Assembly (NCBI GenBank): GCA_016187745.1
Contig: JACPJC010000006.1
Coordinates: forward strand, 115,682 to 179,681
From: Candidatus Iainarchaeum sp.
GTDB taxonomy: Archaea; Iainarchaeota; Iainarchaeia; Iainarchaeales; JAXPJC01
Reading direction: 5' to 3'
Length of the DNA stretch: 64,000 bases
Translations under genes and position numbers: made by a program
Notes under the pieces: model-generated
The model's input: the letters and a program-made list of their open reading frames with translations, nothing else
Database searches by the model: none
Told to the model about the DNA's origin: nothing
In this document: positions 10,101-19,368 of the stretch, one piece after another
Layout: every line of letters begins with the position of its first letter
Position numbering within the stretch: the stretch's first letter is position 1

Positions 10101-12616
10101 ATCATAAGTACAATCTCGCAGGAGATTATAATGTTGTACTTACAGTAACTGATAATAATGGCGCAACTGATGCAAACACCGTGAGCGTAAGCATCACTTC
10201 AGGCCCGATAAGCTTCTGCCCGGGGACAAAAAGCTGGACAACGCAGGCTGATTTCAATTCAGGAAGCGATGTAAATGCTGACACTTATTCAGATCCCGGA
10301 AGCATAATTTTAACAAAAAGCGGGGAAATAGCGCCTGATGCAAACACAAAGCTGCTTATGCATTTTAATGCAAATCCGCAAACGCATTTGGGAACGGAAA
10401 TGGATTCTTCAGGAAACGGAAATAATGGAACGGTTTATACAAATGAGGGCGCAACAAACAAGGCAGTTGCAGGAAAATTCGGAAGCGCTTTGGGCTTTGA
10501 TGGCATTGATGACCGCGTATCCGTCCCGGACAGCGATTACTGGAATCTGGGTTTATATTTCACTATTGGCATGTGGGTTAAATTCCAGAGCGGAACAATA
10601 GACAATGAGCATTATTTGCTGGGCTATAATTACGGGAGCAATAACAGGAATTTCTGGGTGGCATACCAGGGGCAGCTTTCGCCGGATCAGCTGCATTTTA
10701 ATTTTGCCACTGACGGCTCAGGCGGCCACTTCGGGGGCATGAGCGTTGCATGGACGCCTAATGCAGGGCAGTGGTATAATATTGCAATTGTGAGAAATAG
10801 TGCTGATTTGAAGATGTTTATAGATGGCATGCAGATCGGCTCCACTTACAATATCGGCGCAACGAGCATGTGGGCCGGCTCAACAGCAGGCATAGAAATC
10901 GGTTCGGGGCACAATTCCCGCCATAGCGGCGAAATGGATGAAGTTGCAGTCTGGAACCGCGCGCTTTCTCCAAGCGAAGTCCTTGCGCTTTATCAGAGCG
11001 GCTCGGCATACCGCCCTTCAGGCACATGGAACGGAGTATTTGATTCAAATTCAATTGCAAGCGGCTGGAACACAATAAATTGGGGCGAGGATTTGAATTA
11101 CGGCGCTGAACTTGCAGGGGATTCCAATACAAAACTGCTTTTGCATCTGAATGAGGGTTCTGGAACAACTGCAAATGATTCAAGCGGCAATGGGAACAAT
11201 GGGGCATTGTTTAACGGCCCTATCTGGACTTCTTCAGGAAAGTTCAGGAATGCGCTGCAGTTTGATGGAACTGATGATTATGTGAAATTCTCGGCAGCAA
11301 ATATGCCTACAGGGGAAAGAACAGTTGAATTGTGGTTCTATAACACAGACACAACAGCGGTGGGGGCAAGGCAGATATTCGGATATGGGGGGAACAGCAA
11401 CAGCCCCGCATATTCTTCATTTTTGATTTACTCCTCCGCAGATAAGAAGGGAATTACTGCCCATATGCATTATCCCGGGGGCGGGATCCTGAATTATGCA
11501 GGAACTTCGCCGATGACCAATGCCTGGTATTACTTGGTGCTCACAACTGACGTGAGCGGAAGCAGGCTTTACATAAATGGAAGGCTGGTTGATTACAATG
11601 CAGTAACCCCTTCAACATATGTTTCGGGCAAAGATGGATTTGTGGGTGCAATGCCTTCAGGCAGCGGCACTGGAACCTATGTTGACCCGAATTATCCCTA
11701 TTGGAAGGGGAATATAGATGAAGTTGCAGTTTACAACGCAGCGCTGGACGCAAATAAGATACTTGAGCATTACAGGAAGGGCGCCGCAAATATAAGATTG
11801 AGGACAAGAACTGCCGCATCGCAGCTGGCATTGAGCAGCGCGGAATGGAGCAATGAGAATGAGATTGATGCGAATTCTGACATCAATGGATTGTGGCACT
11901 TCAATGAAGGAAGCGGCAGCATTGCAAGCGACTCAAGCGGAAATGGGAATAACGGAACATTGATGAATGGAGTGGCATGGGCTTCTTCTGGAAAGTTTAA
12001 GAATGCGCTGCAGTTTGATGGGGTTAATGATTATGTTAACATAATTAAATCTGATGAGTTTCATTTAGGAGCGGGTAGTTTTGCTGTTACAGCATGGGTT
12101 AACTTTGCGGGGTTAGCCGGAAATCAGAATATTCTTGCGTTTTATACCATTGCCAATCAGGCTTTGCAATTTGCTTGGAGTACAAACGTTTTAACTGTTT
12201 GGGGCGAAACAAGCACTGTTTTAAGCACATCAGGATTTTCCCCAACTCTTAACAGATGGTATCACGTTGCATTTGTAAGAAACGGGAATGCCTGGAATAT
12301 TTATGTTGATGGCACGTCATATGCCAGTGCAACTGATGCGAGAACTTTAAATTATCCGAAGGATAATATTGGGATAGGCGTTCTGCCTACGTCCTTGCAA
12401 TATTTCAACGGCAAGATAGATGAACTTGCAATTTGGAACAGGGGATTAAGCGCAGGCGAAGTGCTCGGGCTTTACAAGAGAGGCAAATATTACACGGCAG
12501 GCCCGAGCGCAATAACAAGCGATGCCAACAGGTTCATTGAGGTGCAGGCGCTCCTGGAAACTGAAAATTCCTCTTACACGCCGGTGCTGCAGGATTTGAA
12601 CATAAGCTGCTCTTAG
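7169..12616 (+). CDS. Giant pilin-anchored adhesin with five LamG domains and a PKD domain
   Basis: Class III signal KG|QAALEY, pilin domain, five LLHLNE/WHFNE...GKFG.AL.FDG...IDE.A..NRAL units, PKD motif WNFGDG...YNVVLTVTD. Confidence 0.88.
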   Translation: MPRTEKGQAALEYLMTYSWALVAIAIVIGVLIFMGILKAPSAGTCTGLEKLAYEDHTIDSNGNFILYLKNGAGMQIAINSISPGEDFSGNCSASSAIINATKDFNIVCINTGISAGQTYNGKITIEYMRRNAKHTESAACSGTAPLSGIFLVAPAPQIIEGFFNGSGNNVDLNNPDEMTLGGGGGSYAFFGSYTSDVFDANSTMDWTASISWDENAPAGTDINLQTRTSDNNVAFSAWSGYYTNPSGEAITSPNGRFIQYKANLSTTNPALTPRLLEVRMHGNPLAQSCGNLKREGSEQCDTNDLAGSNCVLLGYSSGALACKADCTFDTNGCVGATTTMLCPGSKTWTSQSDWQSGALANIDATSSPGSIKLSQPSTSGTWNIVVDSNAAPTDWNAISWSEDLNYGGELAGDANTKLLLHLNEVSGLTAADASGNGNNGTLTNGATWTSSGKFGNALGFDGINDYIDVSNESLFDFERTSPFTLSAWVKWASGTTQTLLSKQTSAGNAPGWLLIVNANGTLAMWLVNDAGAGWNLIHVDSVSSIGLGTWNHVVMTYDGSSTAAGVKLFINGNQSGTTIVTNTLSASILNNVDVWIGNRQFADIPFNGTIDEAAIWNRALGAGEILEHYKRGALNLRFRTRSAPTQGTLSSASWGGYYTESPSAIASPNNKWIEVQALLENSDANYTNYTPVLNDVSISCAGAQGNQAPFAGLGASAYSANAGSYIAFYGNTSYDPDGNIVNYAWNFGDGNAVASPANYPLGAKTLLRFDEGIDSAAGDASGNNNGGTISGAAWTSSGKFGNALAFDGVDDYVNLPQKITDAEGTISAWIKTGGDVSSAQRIYSQSTGGASSNRVAVTILSGAFRFDAGFAPGGVQLDIGNVQPNTWYHIVWTSDGSTIKGYVNGANQALTVTGGSNSGQWFSGITSNYARIGNMRYDDISGNIQYFNGTIDEVAIYNRALGAGEILALYQGGPAVVYHKYNLAGDYNVVLTVTDNNGATDANTVSVSITSGPISFCPGTKSWTTQADFNSGSDVNADTYSDPGSIILTKSGEIAPDANTKLLMHFNANPQTHLGTEMDSSGNGNNGTVYTNEGATNKAVAGKFGSALGFDGIDDRVSVPDSDYWNLGLYFTIGMWVKFQSGTIDNEHYLLGYNYGSNNRNFWVAYQGQLSPDQLHFNFATDGSGGHFGGMSVAWTPNAGQWYNIAIVRNSADLKMFIDGMQIGSTYNIGATSMWAGSTAGIEIGSGHNSRHSGEMDEVAVWNRALSPSEVLALYQSGSAYRPSGTWNGVFDSNSIASGWNTINWGEDLNYGAELAGDSNTKLLLHLNEGSGTTANDSSGNGNNGALFNGPIWTSSGKFRNALQFDGTDDYVKFSAANMPTGERTVELWFYNTDTTAVGARQIFGYGGNSNSPAYSSFLIYSSADKKGITAHMHYPGGGILNYAGTSPMTNAWYYLVLTTDVSGSRLYINGRLVDYNAVTPSTYVSGKDGFVGAMPSGSGTGTYVDPNYPYWKGNIDEVAVYNAALDANKILEHYRKGAANIRLRTRTAASQLALSSAEWSNENEIDANSDINGLWHFNEGSGSIASDSSGNGNNGTLMNGVAWASSGKFKNALQFDGVNDYVNIIKSDEFHLGAGSFAVTAWVNFAGLAGNQNILAFYTIANQALQFAWSTNVLTVWGETSTVLSTSGFSPTLNRWYHVAFVRNGNAWNIYVDGTSYASATDARTLNYPKDNIGIGVLPTSLQYFNGKIDELAIWNRGLSAGEVLGLYKRGKYYTAGPSAITSDANRFIEVQALLETENSSYTPVLQDLNISCS

Positions 12617-13977
12617 GTTTTTTCTACGGCGCGTATTGCAATGGCCTTATTGCGCTTCCCATAGAAGTCAATATTCAAGTAGATTTCCTCCCCGGTTGAA
12701 TGCCCCGGAACTGCAAACAGGGGCAAATAATTCGCATCAATTGTGTAGGAAGCGTTTGTGTCTGGCATTGTAAGAGTGTTGATGTTTGATTTTCCCGTTT
12801 GGTAAGTGTTTGAAGAAATGTGCTTTTGCCCAAATAATGTTTTAAGCGAAGTGTTAATTGCAGAGGTTTGCCCAGTGCCTGTGTTCAGGTCAATATTAAG
12901 GCTTGCGGAAGGCTCCTTCAATTCAATGCCGCTTATGCTTATTCCAAGCGCCGAGATTTCATTTATTATTTCCGCCTTGAGGCTTGCGAATGGCTGCGCC
13001 TCATTGAAATCTATTGCCGCATATAAGTGATTTTCATCAACAGGCACGAAGAAGAAGTTTGTAATTCCTGCAATTGAGGAAAACGCAGAATTCAAATCGC
13101 CCTGCTTTGAGGCCGCGTTCGCATCGGATATGTTGAGGCTTATTCTCTTCATGCCTGGGAAAATCTCAACATCCGCATTTTCAATCCCATCAATTGCAAG
13201 AAGTTCGGCCTCAAGGCCGTTTCCATCCGGGAGATATGAATAATTCACATCGCCGTAAATTACAATCCTTTTGTCAAGTTCAGAAAGCGCATAAATTCCT
13301 TCCAGGGAAAGCGGAACAGCCTCCGCTGTGAGATTCTTTGATTCAAATGCCAGTATGTCAATAAGCGCTTCCCCCGAGAGCGTGACGTTAAGAACTGCCT
13401 TCAGCGCATCGCCCTTTCTGCCTTCTACAGATAAATAGGCATTTGAAAACTGCCTTTCAAGACTGTGGGTTTTTGTTATATTGAGGTCCGCATTGCTCAA
13501 TTCAATTTCATTCGGAAGCGCCACAAGGCCAAGGGCCGCTGCCTCAATCGCATGGAGAGTTCCTTCAGCGGATTCTGAAATATTTTCTGCAATCTCCCCT
13601 GCGGAGTATTTGGAATTGTCATATGTTGCTTCCGCAGAATAGGCAAGGGAGAATCCGCTTCCCTGCTCAGGATTGCCGTATTTTGACCAGTTTATCCCGG
13701 TTATGCCGTTCGCATCCCGCACTTTTGCATCAATCTTGTCAATGTCCACTTCATTTGTTTTTCCTGAGAATGCGATTGTGGGGAAGATTTCAACAATGTT
13801 CGCGTCAATTTCACCTGCTGATTTGTACTGCAGGGGGCTTGGGGGAGTTACTGGCGGAGGCTCATTCCCATTCTGCTGCCCCTGCACATAGAACTCCCAC
13901 ACAAATGCGATGGTGCTCGCAATCATTATGAAAATTATGAAATAAGCGAAAAGCCTTGTTGCGTTCATTTTCATCAA
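12613..13977 (-). CDS. Membrane-anchored extracellular protein, D-x-N rich
   Basis: N-terminal hydrophobic helix, Pro linker, 12 D-x-N motifs by manual count. Confidence 0.75.
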   Translation of the reverse strand: MMKMNATRLFAYFIIFIMIASTIAFVWEFYVQGQQNGNEPPPVTPPSPLQYKSAGEIDANIVEIFPTIAFSGKTNEVDIDKIDAKVRDANGITGINWSKYGNPEQGSGFSLAYSAEATYDNSKYSAGEIAENISESAEGTLHAIEAAALGLVALPNEIELSNADLNITKTHSLERQFSNAYLSVEGRKGDALKAVLNVTLSGEALIDILAFESKNLTAEAVPLSLEGIYALSELDKRIVIYGDVNYSYLPDGNGLEAELLAIDGIENADVEIFPGMKRISLNISDANAASKQGDLNSAFSSIAGITNFFFVPVDENHLYAAIDFNEAQPFASLKAEIINEISALGISISGIELKEPSASLNIDLNTGTGQTSAINTSLKTLFGQKHISSNTYQTGKSNINTLTMPDTNASYTIDANYLPLFAVPGHSTGEEIYLNIDFYGKRNKAIAIRAVEKT

Positions 13978-14043
13978 TAGGAACTAATAATAATAAATTT
14001 TAAAATACCTCACAATTGGCAAATCCTGCATTTTTTGTTTTGC

Positions 14044-14868
14044 TCATTTCTGAATTGCCTTGTTTGCTATAATAAGCAGGGCATTTGAAAGCTTGCTGAA
14101 TTCTTCCTTTAATATCAGGTTCGTGCTGTCAAGCTTGCCTGAAACATTATCCATCTTATTTGAGAGATCTTCCTTTAATATTCTGTTTGTGTCATCCAGT
14201 TTGCCTGAAACGCTGTCCATCTTATTTGAGAGATCTTCCTTTAATATTCTGTTTGTGTCATCCAGTTTGCCTGAAACATCATCCATCTTATTTGACAAAT
14301 CTTCCCTTAATATGCGGTTTGTGCTGTCGAGCTTGCCTGAAACGCTGTCCATTTTCTTCGACAGGTCTTCCCTTAATATCTGGTTTGTGCCATCCAGCTT
14401 GCTTGAGACATTGTCCATCTTCTTTGCAAGCTTTCCTGAAAAACCGTCCATCTTATTTGACAGGCTGCCATATTTTACATCCAGCTTGCCGAAGTTCCCG
14501 TTTGTTTCTTTTCTGAAGCTATGCATCTCATCATACATTTTGTGCATATACAATGCCGCCTCATCAGCCCTCTCAGCCATTTCCCGGGTTGGCTTCCCCC
14601 TATTAATTGTAAATCTTTTAAATGTGATTTTTGTTGCAATGCTCCTCTGTTTGATATTTTCTACATTAATTGGCCAGTTTCTGATTTTGATTTTATCAAT
14701 AAATTTCTTGATTCTTGCTTTATCCCCCTGGACAACTATTTTTACGCTTTCATCAGGAAGATTCTCCGCATAGCCTTTTATGCCCAGCTCAAAGGCAGCC
14801 TGGCTCACAATGTTCCTATAGCCGACTCTCTGGACATTGCCTGTTACAATCAATTCTAGAGCGCCCAT
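14044..14868 (-). CDS. Acylphosphatase domain fused to a repetitive coiled coil
   Basis: GNVQRVGYR and GYAENLPD retain the catalytic Arg/Asn; C-terminal 22-aa repeats. Confidence 0.85.
   Translation of the reverse strand: MGALELIVTGNVQRVGYRNIVSQAAFELGIKGYAENLPDESVKIVVQGDKARIKKFIDKIKIRNWPINVENIKQRSIATKITFKRFTINRGKPTREMAERADEAALYMHKMYDEMHSFRKETNGNFGKLDVKYGSLSNKMDGFSGKLAKKMDNVSSKLDGTNQILREDLSKKMDSVSGKLDSTNRILREDLSNKMDDVSGKLDDTNRILKEDLSNKMDSVSGKLDDTNRILKEDLSNKMDNVSGKLDSTNLILKEEFSKLSNALLIIANKAIQK
14102..14431 (-). repeat. About five tandem 66-bp coding repeats
   Basis: CCATCTTATTTGA recurs at 14151, 14217 and 14283; unit SNKMDSVSGKLDDTNRILKEDL. Confidence 0.9.
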
Positions 14869-14996
14869 GGCATTATTTAATAGCCCAAATCATTATTTAA
14901 ACCTATCTGTTTTTTACGACATAAGACGAATATAGCAGGTGTGGTCCTGCATCCCCCGCTTCAACGGGACTGTTTTTAAATTCTTGTTATTTAAAT

Positions 14997-15019
14997 TAAT
15001 TAGTGGGAATCACTAATTA
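14997..15019. promoter_or_regulatory. Candidate operator palindrome upstream of the FKBP gene
   Basis: TAATTAGTG-N5-CACTAATTA is a perfect 9-bp inverted repeat in a divergent promoter region. Confidence 0.35.
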
Positions 15020-15054
15020 GCTTTTCCTGATTTTGATGAATTGATGGTGTTTCA

Positions 15055-15801
15055 ATGAAAAAAGGTTCAGTGGCAATAATAAGCTTTACGGGGAAGGATC
15101 TGGCTTCCGGAAAGGTATTTGACACAACAAGCGCAGAGGAGGCGAAGGCTTCCGGCGCATTTGATGCCAATGGAATTTACAGGCCGATTCCCATAATTGT
15201 AGGCGCGGGGGACGTAATAAAGGGGATTGATGATGCGCTTCTTGGAATGAATCCGGGAGAGCAGAAAACAATTACGCTACAGCCGAAGGACGCTTTCGGG
15301 GAGAGGAATCCCGAGCTTGTTGCGCTTGTTCCATTGCAGGAATTCAGGAACCGCAATATGAATCCCTATCCGGGCATGGTTGTGGAAGTGGATGGAAGGC
15401 AGGGAAGGGTGCAGAGCGCCTCCGGGGGAAGGGTAAGGGTTGATTTCAATCCCGAGCTTGCAGGGAGGGCGATAGAGTATAAGCTGAATGTGGAAAAGGA
15501 AATTGCGGAGAAGAAGGAGCAATTGCAGGCGCTTTTCGGGAAGTATTTCGCGTTCCTTGATGCGAAAAGCGTGAAGATAGAGCTTAATGGCGCGAGCGCG
15601 CAGATAACAATCCCGGGAGCGCAGGTAAATGAAAGCACTATTGGAAAAATAGCAATAAACAAGATCCTCTTCACAAAGGCGGTCCTCGGGAGCCTTGAGG
15701 GCTTTTCGGAAATAAACTTCGTGGAACAATTCAACAATAAAAAAACTGCTGATGAACAAAAGCCGGCCAAGAGAGAGAAAACTGCTAAAACCCCTTCTTG
15801 A
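15055..15801 (+). CDS. FKBP-type peptidyl-prolyl cis-trans isomerase (long SlyD-like)
   Basis: VFDTT, GAGDVIKGIDDAL, PKDAFGER, GGRVRVDFNPELAG. Confidence 0.92.
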   Translation: MKKGSVAIISFTGKDLASGKVFDTTSAEEAKASGAFDANGIYRPIPIIVGAGDVIKGIDDALLGMNPGEQKTITLQPKDAFGERNPELVALVPLQEFRNRNMNPYPGMVVEVDGRQGRVQSASGGRVRVDFNPELAGRAIEYKLNVEKEIAEKKEQLQALFGKYFAFLDAKSVKIELNGASAQITIPGAQVNESTIGKIAINKILFTKAVLGSLEGFSEINFVEQFNNKKTADEQKPAKREKTAKTPS

Positions 15802-15814
15802 GTGGCATGCCCAA

Positions 15815-16555
15815 TCAGCCCATTACTTTCATATCATAGAAATAGAATTTATTCCCTTCATACCTTACAAATCTTATCTCGGCACGCCCGATATAGCCGA
15901 GTTTAAGTCTGTTCAGGAGATATTCAATCATTTTGTATGCCTTACGATTGCTAATTTTACTGTTGATAAATTGTGCATCTTTCCGGCTAAATTTGCCTTT
16001 TTCCAGAATGATTCTGTTTTTTATTTTTGTATTTGCTAGAAAAATATCAAAAACATCTGTATCGCTTGGCATTGTTGTTTTATAAGCCTCTTCACGATAA
16101 ACTACCTCGCCTGCACCCTGGCCCAATCTTGTTAAAATTATTCCCCCATGGCCTTTTATCGCCTTTCTCAGCCCGACCTTTTGCACTATAAAAGGGCCTG
16201 GGGGCTTTGAAATAAAACCCTGTATTGATTCTGCAATATTAGCCATGTGTGCTTTGGTGAGGGGCTTCATGATGAATTCCTTTCGGTAACCTGAAGTTCT
16301 TACAATTATTCTCCTGGCGTCCGCAAACTCCCCAACATTAATTATGCTACTGGCCTTGTACAGTTTAGCCTGCTCAAAGGGAATCCCAAACGCATTGCAT
16401 ATCTTCTGGAGCTCCAATGTTCCGGGGATTTTTGAGAAGGCTGGAAATTTACCCGCAGGCAGGCCTGGCGGTTTTTCCTTCACTGCCGCCTGCTTCCTTC
16501 TGCGCCATAACATTTCTGTTGCCTTTCTAAACGGCATGAACAATATGCTGCTCAT
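15815..16555 (-). CDS. Hypothetical basic protein (start uncertain)
   Basis: Long ORF filling the gap between FKBP and psmB; K/R-rich N-terminus. Confidence 0.6.
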   Translation of the reverse strand: MSSILFMPFRKATEMLWRRRKQAAVKEKPPGLPAGKFPAFSKIPGTLELQKICNAFGIPFEQAKLYKASSIINVGEFADARRIIVRTSGYRKEFIMKPLTKAHMANIAESIQGFISKPPGPFIVQKVGLRKAIKGHGGIILTRLGQGAGEVVYREEAYKTTMPSDTDVFDIFLANTKIKNRIILEKGKFSRKDAQFINSKISNRKAYKMIEYLLNRLKLGYIGRAEIRFVRYEGNKFYFYDMKVMG

Positions 16556-16695
16556 GTGGTTAAAATATCTGCCGAATTTGTGCTTGCAAACTATATGCGC
16601 AAAATGCCCAAAAAACAAGCTTTATAAATATTTGTTATAAGGATTATTTCAGAAGATAGGCTTCTGGTTTTGATTTGTTTTATCGGGTGTATTGG

Positions 16696-17319
16696 ATGGA
16701 CCAAGAGAAACTGAAAACAGGCACTACCACTGTAGGCGTTAAGGCAACTGATGCGACAGTGCTTGCGGCAGACATGAAGGCGACAATGGGGAATATTGCC
16801 GCGGAGCTTACCGCAACAAAACTGTTCAGGATAAATGACAATATAGCGCTTGCAATTGCCGGCTCGCAGGGGGACTGCCAGACAATCATAAGGTTCCTTA
16901 AAAGCCAGGCAAAGTTGTATGAGATGGAAAGGGAAACGCCGCTTTCAACAAAGGCCGCAATAACTTTCCTCGCGAACATCCTGAATGCAAACCGCTATTA
17001 TCCATATCTTTCATACTTCATAATGGGCGGCTTCAACAAGGAGGCTGAGCTCTACACTACAGACATGGTCGGGGGATTCAGCGAGGTTGAGAAATTCACT
17101 TCCGTAGGCTCGGGATTTGAGCTTGCTTATGGGGTATTGGAGCAGAACTACAGGGACAACATGGACCAGGATGCGGCAATAAGGCTTGCGGTAAGTGCGG
17201 TGAAGGTTGCAAAGAAGCGCGACATTTACACAGGCGGGGAAGGAATAAAGGTATTTGTCATTGATGCGAAGGGCGCAAGGGAACTGAGCGAAAAGGAAGT
17301 GGAGAAGTATTCCCAGTAG
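16696..17319 (+). CDS. psmB: Proteasome beta subunit
   Basis: Short propeptide then KTG|TTTVG; GSG and RD motifs; conserved linkage to aCPSF1. Confidence 0.95.
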   Translation: MDQEKLKTGTTTVGVKATDATVLAADMKATMGNIAAELTATKLFRINDNIALAIAGSQGDCQTIIRFLKSQAKLYEMERETPLSTKAAITFLANILNANRYYPYLSYFIMGGFNKEAELYTTDMVGGFSEVEKFTSVGSGFELAYGVLEQNYRDNMDQDAAIRLAVSAVKVAKKRDIYTGGEGIKVFVIDAKGARELSEKEVEKYSQ

Positions 17320-17403
17320 TTTTTCCATTTAATTCTAGGATTTATATAATTTGACGGCTCATAGTTTGCCTTTTGTTATGGACTTTGGTTTGGAGTTATT
17401 CAT

Positions 17404-19308
17404 ATGGACAATGCGGTAAAGCAGATAAAGGAAATAATTGAGAAGAACCTCCCTTCGGAGGTGGAAATCACATCCATCGAGCTTGAGGGGCCGGAAGTGG
17501 CAATATACACGAAAAACCCCAGATCTTTTTTTGAGAATGAGAATTACGTTGCAAAGCTTGCGTACGAGCTGAAGAAACGCGTTAATGTGAGGAGCGACAA
17601 ATCGCTTTTAATAAATCAGGAAGAGGCGAAAAAGATTGTTGAGGGGATTGTGCCACAGGACGCGGGAATAAGGGAAATTTATTTTGATGAGGCGTTCTCC
17701 GAGGTTGTAATAGAGGCAATGAAGCCCGGACTTGTGATAGGGAAATCCGGAAGCACCTCAAAGGAAATCATACTCAAAACCGGCTGGGTGCCGAATATTC
17801 TGAGGGCGCCGACTTCGGACAGCAATACCCTGCGCGGAATAAGGCACCATCTGCACAAGTATTCTGCAGAGAGGAGAAAAATACTGCAGGCAACCGCAAA
17901 GCACATTTATAGGGAGCTTCCTGAGCAGCTGAACAACAGGGGATGGATAAAGCTTGATGCATTGGGGGGCTTCAGGGAAGTCGGAAGGAGCTGCGTTCTT
18001 ATTGCAACTGCAAACACAAAAGTAATGCTTGACTGCGGGATAAATGTAGCTTCAAACGATGACCCCTATCCTTACCTTGATTCGCTGAATTTTCCCTTAA
18101 GCGAACTGGACGCTGTAATAATAAGCCATGCACATCTTGACCACTCGGGCTTTTTGCCATATCTTTTCAAATTAGGATACAGGGGCCCTGTGTACTGCAC
18201 TGCCCCAACGCGCGATTTGATGACGCTGCTGCAGTTTGATTCCATTGATGTGCTTGTGAAGGAAGGGAGGACCCCCCCTTATTCCGAAGCAGATGTGAAG
18301 GAAATGGTAAAATACTGCATTCCCCGCGATTATAGGGAAGTAACGGACATTGCGCCGGATATGCGCCTGACTTTGCACAATGCGGCGCACATTCTCGGAA
18401 GCGCCTCAGTACATTTGCATATAGGGGAGGGGGCGCACAACTTTGTTTATAGCGCTGACATGAAATACGGCTTCACAAGGCTGTTTGACAATCTGGACAT
18501 GCATTACCCGAGGCTTGAGACCCTGCTTATTGAAAGCACATACGGGGGAAGAAACGACATTCATCCCCTGAGGCAGGAATCCGAGGAAAGGATTGTGAAA
18601 ATCATAAGGGAAACTGTCCTCAATAAGGGAAATGTCCTCATTCCAGTATTTGCAGTTGGGCGCGGGCAGGAAATAATGCTTGTGCTTGAGGACGCATACA
18701 GGAGAGGAATGCTCGAGGCGAAGGTCTATATTGATGGCATGACAAAGGAGGCAAGCGCAATCCATACAGCGTATCCGGAGTATTTGCGCAATACTGTGCA
18801 GAGAAGAGTGCTGCAGAATGATTCGCCGTTTACCTCGCAGCTTTTCCAAGTGGCTCCGGAAGCAAGCGAGAGGGCGGCCCTTCTTGCGGAGGGCGGCGCG
18901 ATAATTGTCGCTTCAAGCGGAATGCTTACAGGAGGGCCTTCGCTGAGATATTTCTACCAGATGGCCGAGGACCCGAAAAACTGCATGATTTTCGTTGGAT
19001 ACCAGGGGGAGGGCGCCTTGGGAAGGAAACTGCAGGGGGGGATAAAAATGCTGCCTGTTCCCGCGGGAAACGGAAGGGTAAAGGCACTCAATGTAAATAT
19101 GCGCGTTGAGACTGTTGAGGGGTTTTCAGGGCATTCGGACAGGCTGCAGCTGATGAATTACATCCGCATGCTCAAGCCGATGCCCAAGCGCATACTTGTT
19201 GACCACGGGGAAAAGGAAACCACGATTGATTTTTCAAGGAGCGTTGCAATGAAATTCAGGATCAACACAACCGCTCCGCGCAATCTGGACAGCGTTAGGC
19301 TGAGATGA
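17404..19308 (+). CDS. fttA: Beta-CASP ribonuclease aCPSF1 (FttA) with KH domains
   Basis: EGPEVAIY, KPGLVIGK, GGFREVGRS, SHAHLDHSG, ESTYG, GFSGHSD. Confidence 0.95.
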   Translation: MDNAVKQIKEIIEKNLPSEVEITSIELEGPEVAIYTKNPRSFFENENYVAKLAYELKKRVNVRSDKSLLINQEEAKKIVEGIVPQDAGIREIYFDEAFSEVVIEAMKPGLVIGKSGSTSKEIILKTGWVPNILRAPTSDSNTLRGIRHHLHKYSAERRKILQATAKHIYRELPEQLNNRGWIKLDALGGFREVGRSCVLIATANTKVMLDCGINVASNDDPYPYLDSLNFPLSELDAVIISHAHLDHSGFLPYLFKLGYRGPVYCTAPTRDLMTLLQFDSIDVLVKEGRTPPYSEADVKEMVKYCIPRDYREVTDIAPDMRLTLHNAAHILGSASVHLHIGEGAHNFVYSADMKYGFTRLFDNLDMHYPRLETLLIESTYGGRNDIHPLRQESEERIVKIIRETVLNKGNVLIPVFAVGRGQEIMLVLEDAYRRGMLEAKVYIDGMTKEASAIHTAYPEYLRNTVQRRVLQNDSPFTSQLFQVAPEASERAALLAEGGAIIVASSGMLTGGPSLRYFYQMAEDPKNCMIFVGYQGEGALGRKLQGGIKMLPVPAGNGRVKALNVNMRVETVEGFSGHSDRLQLMNYIRMLKPMPKRILVDHGEKETTIDFSRSVAMKFRINTTAPRNLDSVRLR

Positions 19309-19368
19309 TTAGTTATTTCCCTAACAAAAAGGAAAGTTAATTAATGAGGTTGCGCTAATTAATCCTGT

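Noticed and set aside
7169-12616. Diversity-generating retroelement target
   Set aside because: No reverse transcriptase in the window, and no repeat pair differing only at adenines was seen
14060-14773. 237-aa + strand ORF
   Set aside because: Antisense shadow of the repetitive acylphosphatase gene
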